NCBI GenBank assembly: GCA_021158055.1
Contig: JAGGVJ010000040.1
Span: forward strand, 1 to 64,000
DNA: 64,000 nucleotides
Direction: 5' to 3'
From: Candidatus Iainarchaeum sp.
GTDB taxonomy: Archaea > Iainarchaeota > Iainarchaeia > JAGGVJ01
Part shown: positions 33,869 through 42,501 of the stretch, piece by piece
Layout: each line of letters opens with the position of its first letter
Numbering within the stretch: the stretch's first letter is position 1
Translations under genes and position numbers: made by a program
Notes under the pieces: model-generated
What the model was told of the DNA's origin: nothing
What the model saw: only the letters and a program-made list of their open reading frames with translations
The model's database searches: none

Positions 33869-33916
33869 TGAAATACCAAAGTTTTTCTTATTTTATATCT
33901 TTTCCCATATTTTTTC

Positions 33917-34843
33917 TTATCTTATATTTGTCCTGTCAGTGAGTTTTTCCGCTCCCTTTGAAGTCACAACAACAGTGTCTTCTGCCTGCGCGACTATTTT
34001 TCCTTTTTCCTCTGCAAGCACCGGGTACGGCCTGATCACTTTTTTCATCATGAGCTCGCGAAACGCCATCTTCAGCTTGAGCCTGCTGTAATCTTTGGCG
34101 ACCCATCGCTCTGCAAACGGCAGCGTGTTGTAGTTGCTGACCAGGTTCGGGAAAATAATCCTTGCTTCTTTGTTTCTTAACGGCGCTGCGCCCGAAACTG
34201 AAAATATCTCGCATTTCGCGCTTTCCCGGACATGCCCTTTGCCGTCTGTCGCAAACGGTTCAAGCGCCAGAACCGAACCTTCCTCAAACTCAGCAGGGCT
34301 TTTGACAACAGTGTTTGGAATGGAATTGCCTGCATGAACAAGGTACTCTCCAAGAGTGTGGCCTGAAAGGTTTTCGACCACGTGAAGGTCAAACGACTCA
34401 ATGGTCTCCTGCACTGTTTTCCCGAATTCCTGCAAAAGAACACCAGGTGCAATCACTTTTATTCCCTGCGCAAGCCCTGTTTCCGCAGCTTCAACAAAAC
34501 GGCCGTATTTCCCGCTTAAATCTTTTGTTATGGCAGAGTCTGCAATAAACCCGTCAACGTGCACCCCGATGTCAATCTTCAGCACATCGTTTTCACCAAG
34601 CTTTGTCTCGTCGTCAATTGAGGGAGTATAATGGGCTGCAACTTCGTTGAGAGACAAATTTATGGGGAAAGCGATCCCCGCGTTTTTTTCAAGCATTATC
34701 GCTTCGGCGTCGTTTGCAAGGTCAATGAGCTTTGCCCCGACAACCGCGTTCTCAAACACTGTTTCCATCACTTCGACAAGTATTTTTCCTGCCTGCCTAT
34801 TTTTTTCAATGTCGTTTTTTTCAACTGCCATAAAATCACACAA
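33917..34843 (-). CDS. map: Methionine aminopeptidase type II
   Basis: AFPINLS, AAHYTP, KIDIGVHVDGFIADSA, NLSGH, ALEPFAT, AQAEDT. Confidence 0.96.
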   Translation of the reverse strand: MCDFMAVEKNDIEKNRQAGKILVEVMETVFENAVVGAKLIDLANDAEAIMLEKNAGIAFPINLSLNEVAAHYTPSIDDETKLGENDVLKIDIGVHVDGFIADSAITKDLSGKYGRFVEAAETGLAQGIKVIAPGVLLQEFGKTVQETIESFDLHVVENLSGHTLGEYLVHAGNSIPNTVVKSPAEFEEGSVLALEPFATDGKGHVRESAKCEIFSVSGAAPLRNKEARIIFPNLVSNYNTLPFAERWVAKDYSRLKLKMAFRELMMKKVIRPYPVLAEEKGKIVAQAEDTVVVTSKGAEKLTDRTNIR

Positions 34844-34930
34844 ATTCCTCTTTTAAACTACATAAATTTCTCTTTCAACTGCCAACAACAAAAGCAATCC
34901 AAACCCGCCAATAACAACAGCAACCCGGAC

Positions 34931-37474
34931 TTAAAACCATTTCTTCATTGACGACTGTTTTCCTTCTGTTGTCATGTCCGAGTCTTTGAAGCCAAGCTCG
35001 CCGATTATCCTCATTGTTGCCGGAAGCACCTGGTTATTGACATAGTATTCCGCGTCAAAATCCCCTTCCCTTGCAAAACTCATTACTTCTGCTTTGGCTG
35101 AAATTGTTTTGCCGTGCTTTGTCACAATGTACCCGACAAGCGCGCCGTCTGCAACTTCTTCCCCGCGTGCGCGCGCCTTTTCAACTGCCGCAACGTGTGG
35201 TCCTATTGACTCGTATTCGGAGACCTTTTTCTTTAAGCGGGTGTAAATCACAAGTTCTTTTTTTGATACCTCACCTTTCCTCAGCCTTTCAACCACCGAT
35301 TTCACGTAATCGGCCGCTTCCTTGGGTTTTCCTTCAAGCACAAGCCCGATCACTTTTTGCTGGGTGTTTTTCGCGATTTCAGCCCAGTCCCTGCGCACGA
35401 ACTCAAACCCCTTTATTTCAACTTTTCCGTCTTCACCCAAAAGAGCATACCTTTTTTTTGCTGCTTCTTTTCCTTCCCTTTTCGTCACAAAAAGGCCTCT
35501 CTTGTAAAACCCCTGAAAGTCAAGCTCCATCTTTTCAGGCAGGACATTTTCGTTGATGTGGCGCATGAACTCCATTCCTTTTTTCCTGACATCGCCTTTG
35601 CCATAGGTTACAAAAACAGAGTCAGTGTCCGCGTAAAGCACATCCAGCCCGAATTTTTCCGCTTCAGCAATGGTTTTTTGGATGTACTGCCTGCCCCACG
35701 CCGCAGTAGACTCCGCGCATTCAAGGCTGTACCATCTGAATCTGGGGTAACCCATCACGCCGTAGGCAGAGTTTGCGATTATCTTGAGAGCGTGTTGTTT
35801 TGCGTCAAGTATTTTTCTTTGCGTTGAATCACGCGCCTGTTTTTTCATTTCCTGTTTTGCCTGCTTGCGGCGCAAAAGTATTTCTTCAAGTATTTCCGGA
35901 ATAAAACCCTTTTTTTTAGCGCAGAACTTGTGGCCGCCCGGAGAAACAAACGATTCGTCGTCACTGCAGCAGTCGCAGTCAAGGGTTGAAGAATCAATGT
36001 TGTGGGAAATTATTATCGAAGGGTAAAGAGAGCGGAAATCAAACACCATTATGCTTTCGTGAAGCCCTGCTGTCGGCTGTTTTACCATCCCCCCTTTGTA
36101 CGTGGAACGCGCTCTTCCCATGACCTGCCTGAAACTCGGTTTTCTCGGAATAAGCTCTCCTCTTTTTTTTGCCTCGCGCACAAGGAACTGTTCAACCATC
36201 TGGCCGGAGGTAAGGTTTGTGACCTCCTGAAGCGAAACAGACAAAAGCCGCGCAAGCTCTTCAAACTGCGGGGAAAAATTGTCAAACAATTCAAAAACCG
36301 CTTTTGAGTCCTCAAGGCAATACTGCGCAAGCTTGTTCACTGCGTCTTTTCCCCCGCTCCACCACATGTCAATGTTTCTTGTGTCTATTTTTTCTTTTTT
36401 TTCATTGAATACAGCTTCAAACACGTCTTCAAGGCGGTACCTCATAAGGTCAAGCGACCCTGTTCTTGCAAGAAACTGCACCATACGATAAACATCTATC
36501 ACTTGCCTGCCTGTCAAAAGCGCCTGCGACGAATCTTTTCGGCTGACAAACCTTACTTCCGAGTTGTCCCGCCCGATAAGAAGCTTGTTCTTAAGCGCCC
36601 TTGACCTTTCCCGAAGGTACGGAAAATCAAAATTGTCTGTGTTGTACCCGATAATTATGTCCGGGTCGATTTTTTTCACTGTATCTGAAAAACCTTCAAG
36701 CATTTTTTCCTCGTTCCCGAAATTTTCGACAAAATCAGTTCCTTCAAGGTCTTTTGAGTACGACAATACTTTTTTTTCATTGTTCCAGACCGAAACCATG
36801 ACAATTTCATCTTTTGAAGGTCTTGGCACGCCAAAAGGGTTTTTCACTTCCAGGTCAAACGCCATTTTTTTAAGAATGACCTTGATTTGTCCTGCCTGAT
36901 CTTTCAATGGCCTGATGGACTTCAACCGGTCTTTCTCAAACTCGACTTCAACGCTTTGAAGCGGCGAGACCCCTTTGTCTATGAGGTATTTCAAAGTCCA
37001 TTTTATCATGTGTTCGCGGGTATCAGCAACCCCGTCCATTTTTTTGACTATGTCACGCACCGGCTTCAGGTTTGAGGTGTGCCCCACGTTTATTTTTATG
37101 CATTCTGTTTCCTTTCCATTGATTTTTTTTATCTCCAAAACCACTGGCTTTGCCTGTGCTGCGGATTTTGCTTGTACTGCGGGCTTTGGCGGCACTGTGG
37201 ATTTTTGGGTGTAACCCCTGTTTGAGTGGTTTTCTCTCTCTTTGTGGTCTTTCCTCTTTTTTACTTCAACGCATACTTTTTCAATTTCAGAAACAAGTTT
37301 TTTTGCATCGCAGTCAGGCTCTGCAAGCACGTAAAAATAATCTGAAAAACTCTCATCAAAAAGCATCAGGTAACCGTCTTTTGTCTTCAGGCTAAGCCTG
37401 ATTGAATTGCCTGCGTTTCCTTTCGCATAGTCGACATCCAGTAAAACCGCTTTTGCTTTCATGTTACCCTGCAC
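34931..37474 (-). CDS. polB: Family B DNA polymerase (PolB3-type, no intein)
   Basis: Exo I FDLEV, Exo II YNTDNFDFPYL, Exo III YCLED; Pol motifs DFRSLYPSII, KIIANSAYG, YADTDS. Confidence 0.96.
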   Translation of the reverse strand: MQGNMKAKAVLLDVDYAKGNAGNSIRLSLKTKDGYLMLFDESFSDYFYVLAEPDCDAKKLVSEIEKVCVEVKKRKDHKERENHSNRGYTQKSTVPPKPAVQAKSAAQAKPVVLEIKKINGKETECIKINVGHTSNLKPVRDIVKKMDGVADTREHMIKWTLKYLIDKGVSPLQSVEVEFEKDRLKSIRPLKDQAGQIKVILKKMAFDLEVKNPFGVPRPSKDEIVMVSVWNNEKKVLSYSKDLEGTDFVENFGNEEKMLEGFSDTVKKIDPDIIIGYNTDNFDFPYLRERSRALKNKLLIGRDNSEVRFVSRKDSSQALLTGRQVIDVYRMVQFLARTGSLDLMRYRLEDVFEAVFNEKKEKIDTRNIDMWWSGGKDAVNKLAQYCLEDSKAVFELFDNFSPQFEELARLLSVSLQEVTNLTSGQMVEQFLVREAKKRGELIPRKPSFRQVMGRARSTYKGGMVKQPTAGLHESIMVFDFRSLYPSIIISHNIDSSTLDCDCCSDDESFVSPGGHKFCAKKKGFIPEILEEILLRRKQAKQEMKKQARDSTQRKILDAKQHALKIIANSAYGVMGYPRFRWYSLECAESTAAWGRQYIQKTIAEAEKFGLDVLYADTDSVFVTYGKGDVRKKGMEFMRHINENVLPEKMELDFQGFYKRGLFVTKREGKEAAKKRYALLGEDGKVEIKGFEFVRRDWAEIAKNTQQKVIGLVLEGKPKEAADYVKSVVERLRKGEVSKKELVIYTRLKKKVSEYESIGPHVAAVEKARARGEEVADGALVGYIVTKHGKTISAKAEVMSFAREGDFDAEYYVNNQVLPATMRIIGELGFKDSDMTTEGKQSSMKKWF

Positions 37475-37755
37475 TTTTTGCGTTTTGTTTTTTATTACCT
37501 GTTTTGACAGCTGATTTTATTACTGCTTTGACAGCCGGTTATTTAGTTGTGTTTTGTTACACATTTATACAGATATAATAAGAACCACAATTGAATAAAT
37601 ATACTCAGTATTTCTTTGTAAATACAAAGGATATATATTATTTTATACAATATTATTAGTGCAATATATACAAGGTTGCTCAATACAAAATTAGCGAAAA
37701 ATATTAGTACAAAACAGCGAAAATAAAAACTTTCAGTTAAAATCAGTGATATACA

Positions 37756-38259
37756 ATGGCAAGACAAAACGTGGATCTTGATATAGTGCTGAGCCAGCTA
37801 AACAATGACATGCGTGCGCTTGACACAAAAATAGCGATAATTGTGCAGAGAATCAAATACGTTGAAAAACACGAGAAAATCCTTGCCCAAAACCTCATCA
37901 GCTTAAACAACAAGGTAAAAGAACTGGAGTCCGGTGCCGGCAAAACCACCCAGGACAAAAATGAATCAGGGTTTGGAAAAGAACCCGCAAAAGCTGTTTC
38001 AAAAGTGGCGGTCAAGGAACTTGAAAGCGTAAAAAAGGAACTTGAAAACCTGAAAAAAATCGAGGGGCTGGTAAAAGAAAATTCCTCGAAAAGCAAGGAA
38101 ATTTTGATTGAACTCAAAAAAATGAAAGACGATTCTGTAAATATTCAGGACTTCAACCAGTTGCGTTACGTGATAGACACTGTCAACCCGCTTCAGTTCA
38201 TTACTTTTGACCAGGTAGAAGAACTGATTGAAAAAAAATTCAGGGAAAAAAAACTTTAA
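37756..38259 (+). CDS. Coiled-coil hypothetical protein
   Basis: Heptad-rich sequence; C-terminal LRYVIDTVNPLQFITFDQVEELI looks like a conserved motif. Confidence 0.75.
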   Translation: MARQNVDLDIVLSQLNNDMRALDTKIAIIVQRIKYVEKHEKILAQNLISLNNKVKELESGAGKTTQDKNESGFGKEPAKAVSKVAVKELESVKKELENLKKIEGLVKENSSKSKEILIELKKMKDDSVNIQDFNQLRYVIDTVNPLQFITFDQVEELIEKKFREKKL

Positions 38260-38333
38260 ACACAAAACTTCGCTTTATTCCAGCCAAATATCCCAATCAA
38301 AACCTTTCCCGTTCAACAAGACAAGCAAACTGC

Positions 38334-39878
38334 CTATTTTTCAAACCTGCTTAAAGTGGGCCTGACCTTAACGCGGTAAGGCCGTCCTGCAACTTCTTTT
38401 ACCGCGACCTCTCTTTCCGCGATCACTTCAATGTCCAGTGTGGAGGACTCAACCATCGAACGGTCAAGATGATGCCTTGTTTCGGCAAGGTAACAGCACC
38501 CAAGCCCGTAGTTTTGGCATTCGCCGCTCAGTTTTATGAATTCCGACTGCATTACTGTCGGGTTTTCACCAAACATCAATTCAGAGTGGGGTATGACCAC
38601 GACTCCCCCAATGCTTTTGCTGTGGTTTTCTTTTTTGAACTTTTGAAGCACAATTTCAAGAACAGAATAAACCATAAGCACGCCGACTTCTGTGGAGTAA
38701 TCTGAAAGGTCTACGTGGGACACCCTGCCCATCGAGCCCCTCCATCCGCCAATGATGTCATCAACCTGGTTTTTCCCTCCAAAGGCATTTTCGTTTGACT
38801 TCTCAATCACTTTCAAAAACCTTACCGCGCGGTTTATCTGGAACCTGTTCCCTTGTTTTCTTTGAAGCTTGTCAAAAATTTCCTTGACTGAAGTAATTGA
38901 CCCTTTTGACTCAAAAATTGTTTCCTCGATGAGATTGGCTGCCTCGTTGTCCCCGAGGTTGAACGCCTGTGAAAAAACCCCTTTCGGCAGCAAATTTAAA
39001 TCCACGTGAATGTCTTTTCCCGCAACAAATTTTTTTGTCGGAAACCCGATCGGCTCAAGGTCTATTTTTGACTCCGCAAACTTTGAAGTGTCGTTGGAAG
39101 GCAAAGATATACCCTTGAACTCCGCGTCCATGTCAAAAATCAGTGCAGGAACATTGTTCAGCAAAGATCCTTCTGCAATCACTTGTGTCACTGCGGCGCG
39201 GTTGCTCTTAAGGGAACCTGAAATAACGGCTTTCAAAAGCGACTGCACAGAAATTTTTGCAATTGTGCTGTCGGAAGTAAGGCCAAAAACAAACTCTCCC
39301 GCAATTATTTTTGATTTCGTGCCTTTGATTGACGCCGGATACGCGCCTGTATCCGTCGCGGATCTTACGGCTGCAGATGCGACAATCATCAAGGGTTCTG
39401 AATAAAACTGCATTTCAGCAGCTTTTCCCGCTTCCTTCAGTGAAGTGAATTCAATATTGTATGCTTTTCCTATTTCTTTTATGGAAACTGAAATTGATTC
39501 AAGGTCTTTGTTCATTTCCTGCACGGCGTTTGACAGCTCTTCTGACTCAAGCCCGACGTATTTCGGGTAAGCGGGAATCACCGCAAACTTGAATGACTTG
39601 TCTTGCGTGTGCTTTTCAACAATGATTATGTCGCGTTTTATGGCGGATGCAAAGTGCTGCACGTCACCCACGACAGTGTATATCTTGTTGAACATTACAA
39701 CCATTCCCTTAAGGCTCTTGCCTTTCCCGTCAAACACAATAGTTAAAGTGTCCTTGTCCGGGTTTTGATACACCATAAGAGAATTTTTTTGAAATTCCCC
39801 TGAAAAAAGTTGTACCCAGGGGCCAAAAGGCAGTTTTAGTATGTTCATTTTATCACTTGAGTCATATCCTTGCGTCAT
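38334..39878 (-). CDS. HerA/VirB4-like (DUF853/DUF87-type) ATPase homolog with degenerate Walker motifs
   Basis: KAVISGSLKSNRAAVTQVIAEG...VPALIFD aligns by eye with the HerA P-loop region; VVVIPHSELMF occupies the Walker B position; YGLGCCYLAE corresponds to the GV...TQ motif. Confidence 0.65.
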   Translation of the reverse strand: MTQGYDSSDKMNILKLPFGPWVQLFSGEFQKNSLMVYQNPDKDTLTIVFDGKGKSLKGMVVMFNKIYTVVGDVQHFASAIKRDIIIVEKHTQDKSFKFAVIPAYPKYVGLESEELSNAVQEMNKDLESISVSIKEIGKAYNIEFTSLKEAGKAAEMQFYSEPLMIVASAAVRSATDTGAYPASIKGTKSKIIAGEFVFGLTSDSTIAKISVQSLLKAVISGSLKSNRAAVTQVIAEGSLLNNVPALIFDMDAEFKGISLPSNDTSKFAESKIDLEPIGFPTKKFVAGKDIHVDLNLLPKGVFSQAFNLGDNEAANLIEETIFESKGSITSVKEIFDKLQRKQGNRFQINRAVRFLKVIEKSNENAFGGKNQVDDIIGGWRGSMGRVSHVDLSDYSTEVGVLMVYSVLEIVLQKFKKENHSKSIGGVVVIPHSELMFGENPTVMQSEFIKLSGECQNYGLGCCYLAETRHHLDRSMVESSTLDIEVIAEREVAVKEVAGRPYRVKVRPTLSRFEK

Positions 39879-40035
39879 TCAGCAGACAAATCAATGCCAA
39901 CATAATATAATGCCGGCAAATACACTTGTTTTTTATAATTATTGTAATTTATATATAGTTATATGTTTAAAATTTTTCATGGTTTATTCAACAAACCTGT
40001 TAATAAAATGTTTATTAATCTTTTAAATATGTCTG

Positions 40036-40992
40036 ATGTATATATCTTATGTGGTTAACGTGAGCAACATTGAATCCATCATAAAAACGATGATTAAATC
40101 AGGTTCTTCCCCTGAAAGCGTGCGAAACACTCTTTTGGAAATGGGTGTTTCAAAAGAGGCAATCGAAAACTCCTTTAAAAATGAAAACACAGCTGCTGCA
40201 CAATCACCTCAAGCAACTGATCAAGCTTCACAGCCTGCGCCGGACCAGCAACCTTCGTCATCAATTGACCTTTCAAACTTTGAGCCTGCAAAAGAAACCA
40301 TTGCGCAAACAAGCGACAATGCTGCGCAAACAAGTGAAAGTGCTGCACAGCCAAAGGATAACATTGCCGGATCATCTCAGCCGCAGCCGGTTCAGCCGCC
40401 TTCGCTTCAAAAAAAACAGGAAATGTTTCCAGCAACCAGCGAACCGCAACCAACGAACAACGAACCGCAATCACCCGTAGGCCTGTCTGAAGCCACCAAA
40501 CCTGTAGAAACAGCAGGCGGTTCTGCTGACACTCAAAAATCCCTTGACATAACTGACATGGACAAAAAACTTGCAGAGCTAAAACAACAGGTTGAGTCCA
40601 TACCGGTTGACAACATAACTTCAAGCATGGAACTGCTTAGCCAGGAAAGAAGCGAGGGTTTGTCAGAACACAGCAAGATCATTTCTGAGCTCAGTGAAAA
40701 GGTCTCGCAGGTCCAGGACAAGATTGATTCAAGTTCACCTGACAACATTAAAGAGCTTACTTTGGCTGTGGACGACTTGAGAAAAATGCTGAATGAAATG
40801 AAGCCCATGGTATTTGCCCTTCACGAGATCGACAAAAAGATACTTGACACAAACAGGGAGGTCCTTTTTGAGCTTGCTGAAAAAATCCACGCCCAAAAAC
40901 AGGAAAACCCGGTAAAAAGCAATACTGCTTCAACACCAAAGCCTTCGGTTGCAGAAAAGGAAAAAACCAAAAAATCCGTTAAAAAAAACTGA
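40036..40992 (+). CDS. Hypothetical protein: small helical N-domain, Gln/Pro/Ser disordered linker, C-terminal coiled coil
   Basis: Composition and heptad pattern. Confidence 0.75.
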   Translation: MYISYVVNVSNIESIIKTMIKSGSSPESVRNTLLEMGVSKEAIENSFKNENTAAAQSPQATDQASQPAPDQQPSSSIDLSNFEPAKETIAQTSDNAAQTSESAAQPKDNIAGSSQPQPVQPPSLQKKQEMFPATSEPQPTNNEPQSPVGLSEATKPVETAGGSADTQKSLDITDMDKKLAELKQQVESIPVDNITSSMELLSQERSEGLSEHSKIISELSEKVSQVQDKIDSSSPDNIKELTLAVDDLRKMLNEMKPMVFALHEIDKKILDTNREVLFELAEKIHAQKQENPVKSNTASTPKPSVAEKEKTKKSVKKN

Positions 40993-41081
40993 AGACAAAA
41001 AGAAACCAGATTGTGCTGAATACATTGACCGGCCCAAAGCAAAATAACTGTTTTTAGAACTTTCTTCTTTAATTGGACCTG

Positions 41082-41414
41082 TCATCTTCCTCTTTGAGGG
41101 GGTTCGTCATCTTCCGGGGGTTCTTCCTTGTTTGAATCCAGTATTTTATTGGTTGTTTTACGGGCTCTTTTCCATGCCTTAACAGTTGTCGGAACAGGCT
41201 TGAAAGTTGATCTCGGGTACGGCTTTGAACCGGAATGCTCTTCTTCGTCTTCTTCAGCGTCGTCTGAATAGCTTTTCGGAGCTGATTTGATTTCGGACAA
41301 CACCACCAAAAACGCAATCAATGCAAGGACAAACCCGATTGCCTGGCCTGTTCTTTTGTCAAGGACAAAAAATATAACTGCAAGAAACAATAACAAAACC
41401 GGCAAGTACTTCAT
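41082..41414 (-). CDS. Small 2-TM membrane protein with charged tail
   Basis: Two N-terminal hydrophobic helices; GGTGA RBS. Confidence 0.7.
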   Translation of the reverse strand: MKYLPVLLLFLAVIFFVLDKRTGQAIGFVLALIAFLVVLSEIKSAPKSYSDDAEEDEEEHSGSKPYPRSTFKPVPTTVKAWKRARKTTNKILDSNKEEPPEDDEPPQRGR

Positions 41415-41485
41415 TTTTTCACCATTTGACCTTTAAATCCTGATTTCACCCTGACTTTTGAACATTACCTAGATTTGAATTTGGT

Positions 41486-41803
41486 TCAGTCGCCGCCAAG
41501 GCCAACCGCGTTCCTTATGCCTTCACCGAATATCGACAGGAAAATTATTGCCGCGACAAGCCACACAAGCGTCGGGTGCGTCCAGATGGTCAGGTAAACA
41601 AGCGCAAACCCGACTATCCAACCGACAAACCCAGGCAAGTGAGAACGGCCCCAGTTGATTATCCAGACTGAAAATATTATCAACAAAGCATACCAAATCT
41701 GTATGTCGCCGAAAATGTTGGTGTTGAACAACTGTGACATCGTGAAAAGCACAGGGCTTGTTGAAACATTCAAAAAATCCATGTAAATACCTTCATTATC
41801 CAA
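41486..41803 (-). CDS. Small 3-TM membrane protein with internal PGF motif
   Basis: Hydrophobic segments; ...RSHLPGFVGWIVGFALVYLTIW... Confidence 0.7.
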   Translation of the reverse strand: MDNEGIYMDFLNVSTSPVLFTMSQLFNTNIFGDIQIWYALLIIFSVWIINWGRSHLPGFVGWIVGFALVYLTIWTHPTLVWLVAAIIFLSIFGEGIRNAVGLGGD

Positions 41804-41846
41804 CTTATTATTACTTATGTTTCAAACCATTTATCTAATTTTAAAT

Positions 41847-42485
41847 TTATCGACAATAGCACATCCTGTCTCCAGTGTAATCGCAAGCAAACCTTGCCTG
41901 GTCTTCATTGAACACCTTTTTCTCTTGAGAGTCTTTAATCTCATCAAGTCTAGAGCCAAGTCTGGAGCCCGAGCCTGAAACTAAACAATAACCATTCCTT
42001 TTAATAATACCATGATCAAGGGAAACGCATGCGTCATCGCAACACCCAATCTTGTCATCCATACAGCTTGCAGGCAAATCGCGGATGTTTTTGTTGGTGC
42101 TTAAATCATTATTCCACTCATCGTCACAATAACTTACCAGGTTTTCAACAGTTATACTGCTTAATTCTTCAACAATATCACTATTATATATTATGGTGCA
42201 GGACTTAAAGCTTCCAAACTGCTCCAGTTTACTGGTATCTGTTTGTTTTTCCGGGGTGGCAATGATATCAAAAGAGCATTTTGGGGTACTATACGCTTCT
42301 ATATTTGTCAAACTGACATAATCAACAGCCAGCCTGACTTTTCCACACGAAACACTATCAATCAGTTCAGACTCAAATTCCAAGCCGGGGCACTCGTTCT
42401 TAAAATTGTCTTTTGTGCACCCGGAAAGAAGCACAATCCCAAACAAAAAAATTACCACAATCAAGTTTTTACATGCAACGCCCAT
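41847..42485 (-). CDS. Cys-rich lipoprotein
   Basis: Hydrophobic leader ending in lipobox LLSG-C; 14 Cys in the predicted mature part. Confidence 0.78.
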   Translation of the reverse strand: MGVACKNLIVVIFLFGIVLLSGCTKDNFKNECPGLEFESELIDSVSCGKVRLAVDYVSLTNIEAYSTPKCSFDIIATPEKQTDTSKLEQFGSFKSCTIIYNSDIVEELSSITVENLVSYCDDEWNNDLSTNKNIRDLPASCMDDKIGCCDDACVSLDHGIIKRNGYCLVSGSGSRLGSRLDEIKDSQEKKVFNEDQARFACDYTGDRMCYCR

Positions 42486-42501
42486 ACAAAACCCTTACCA
42501 A

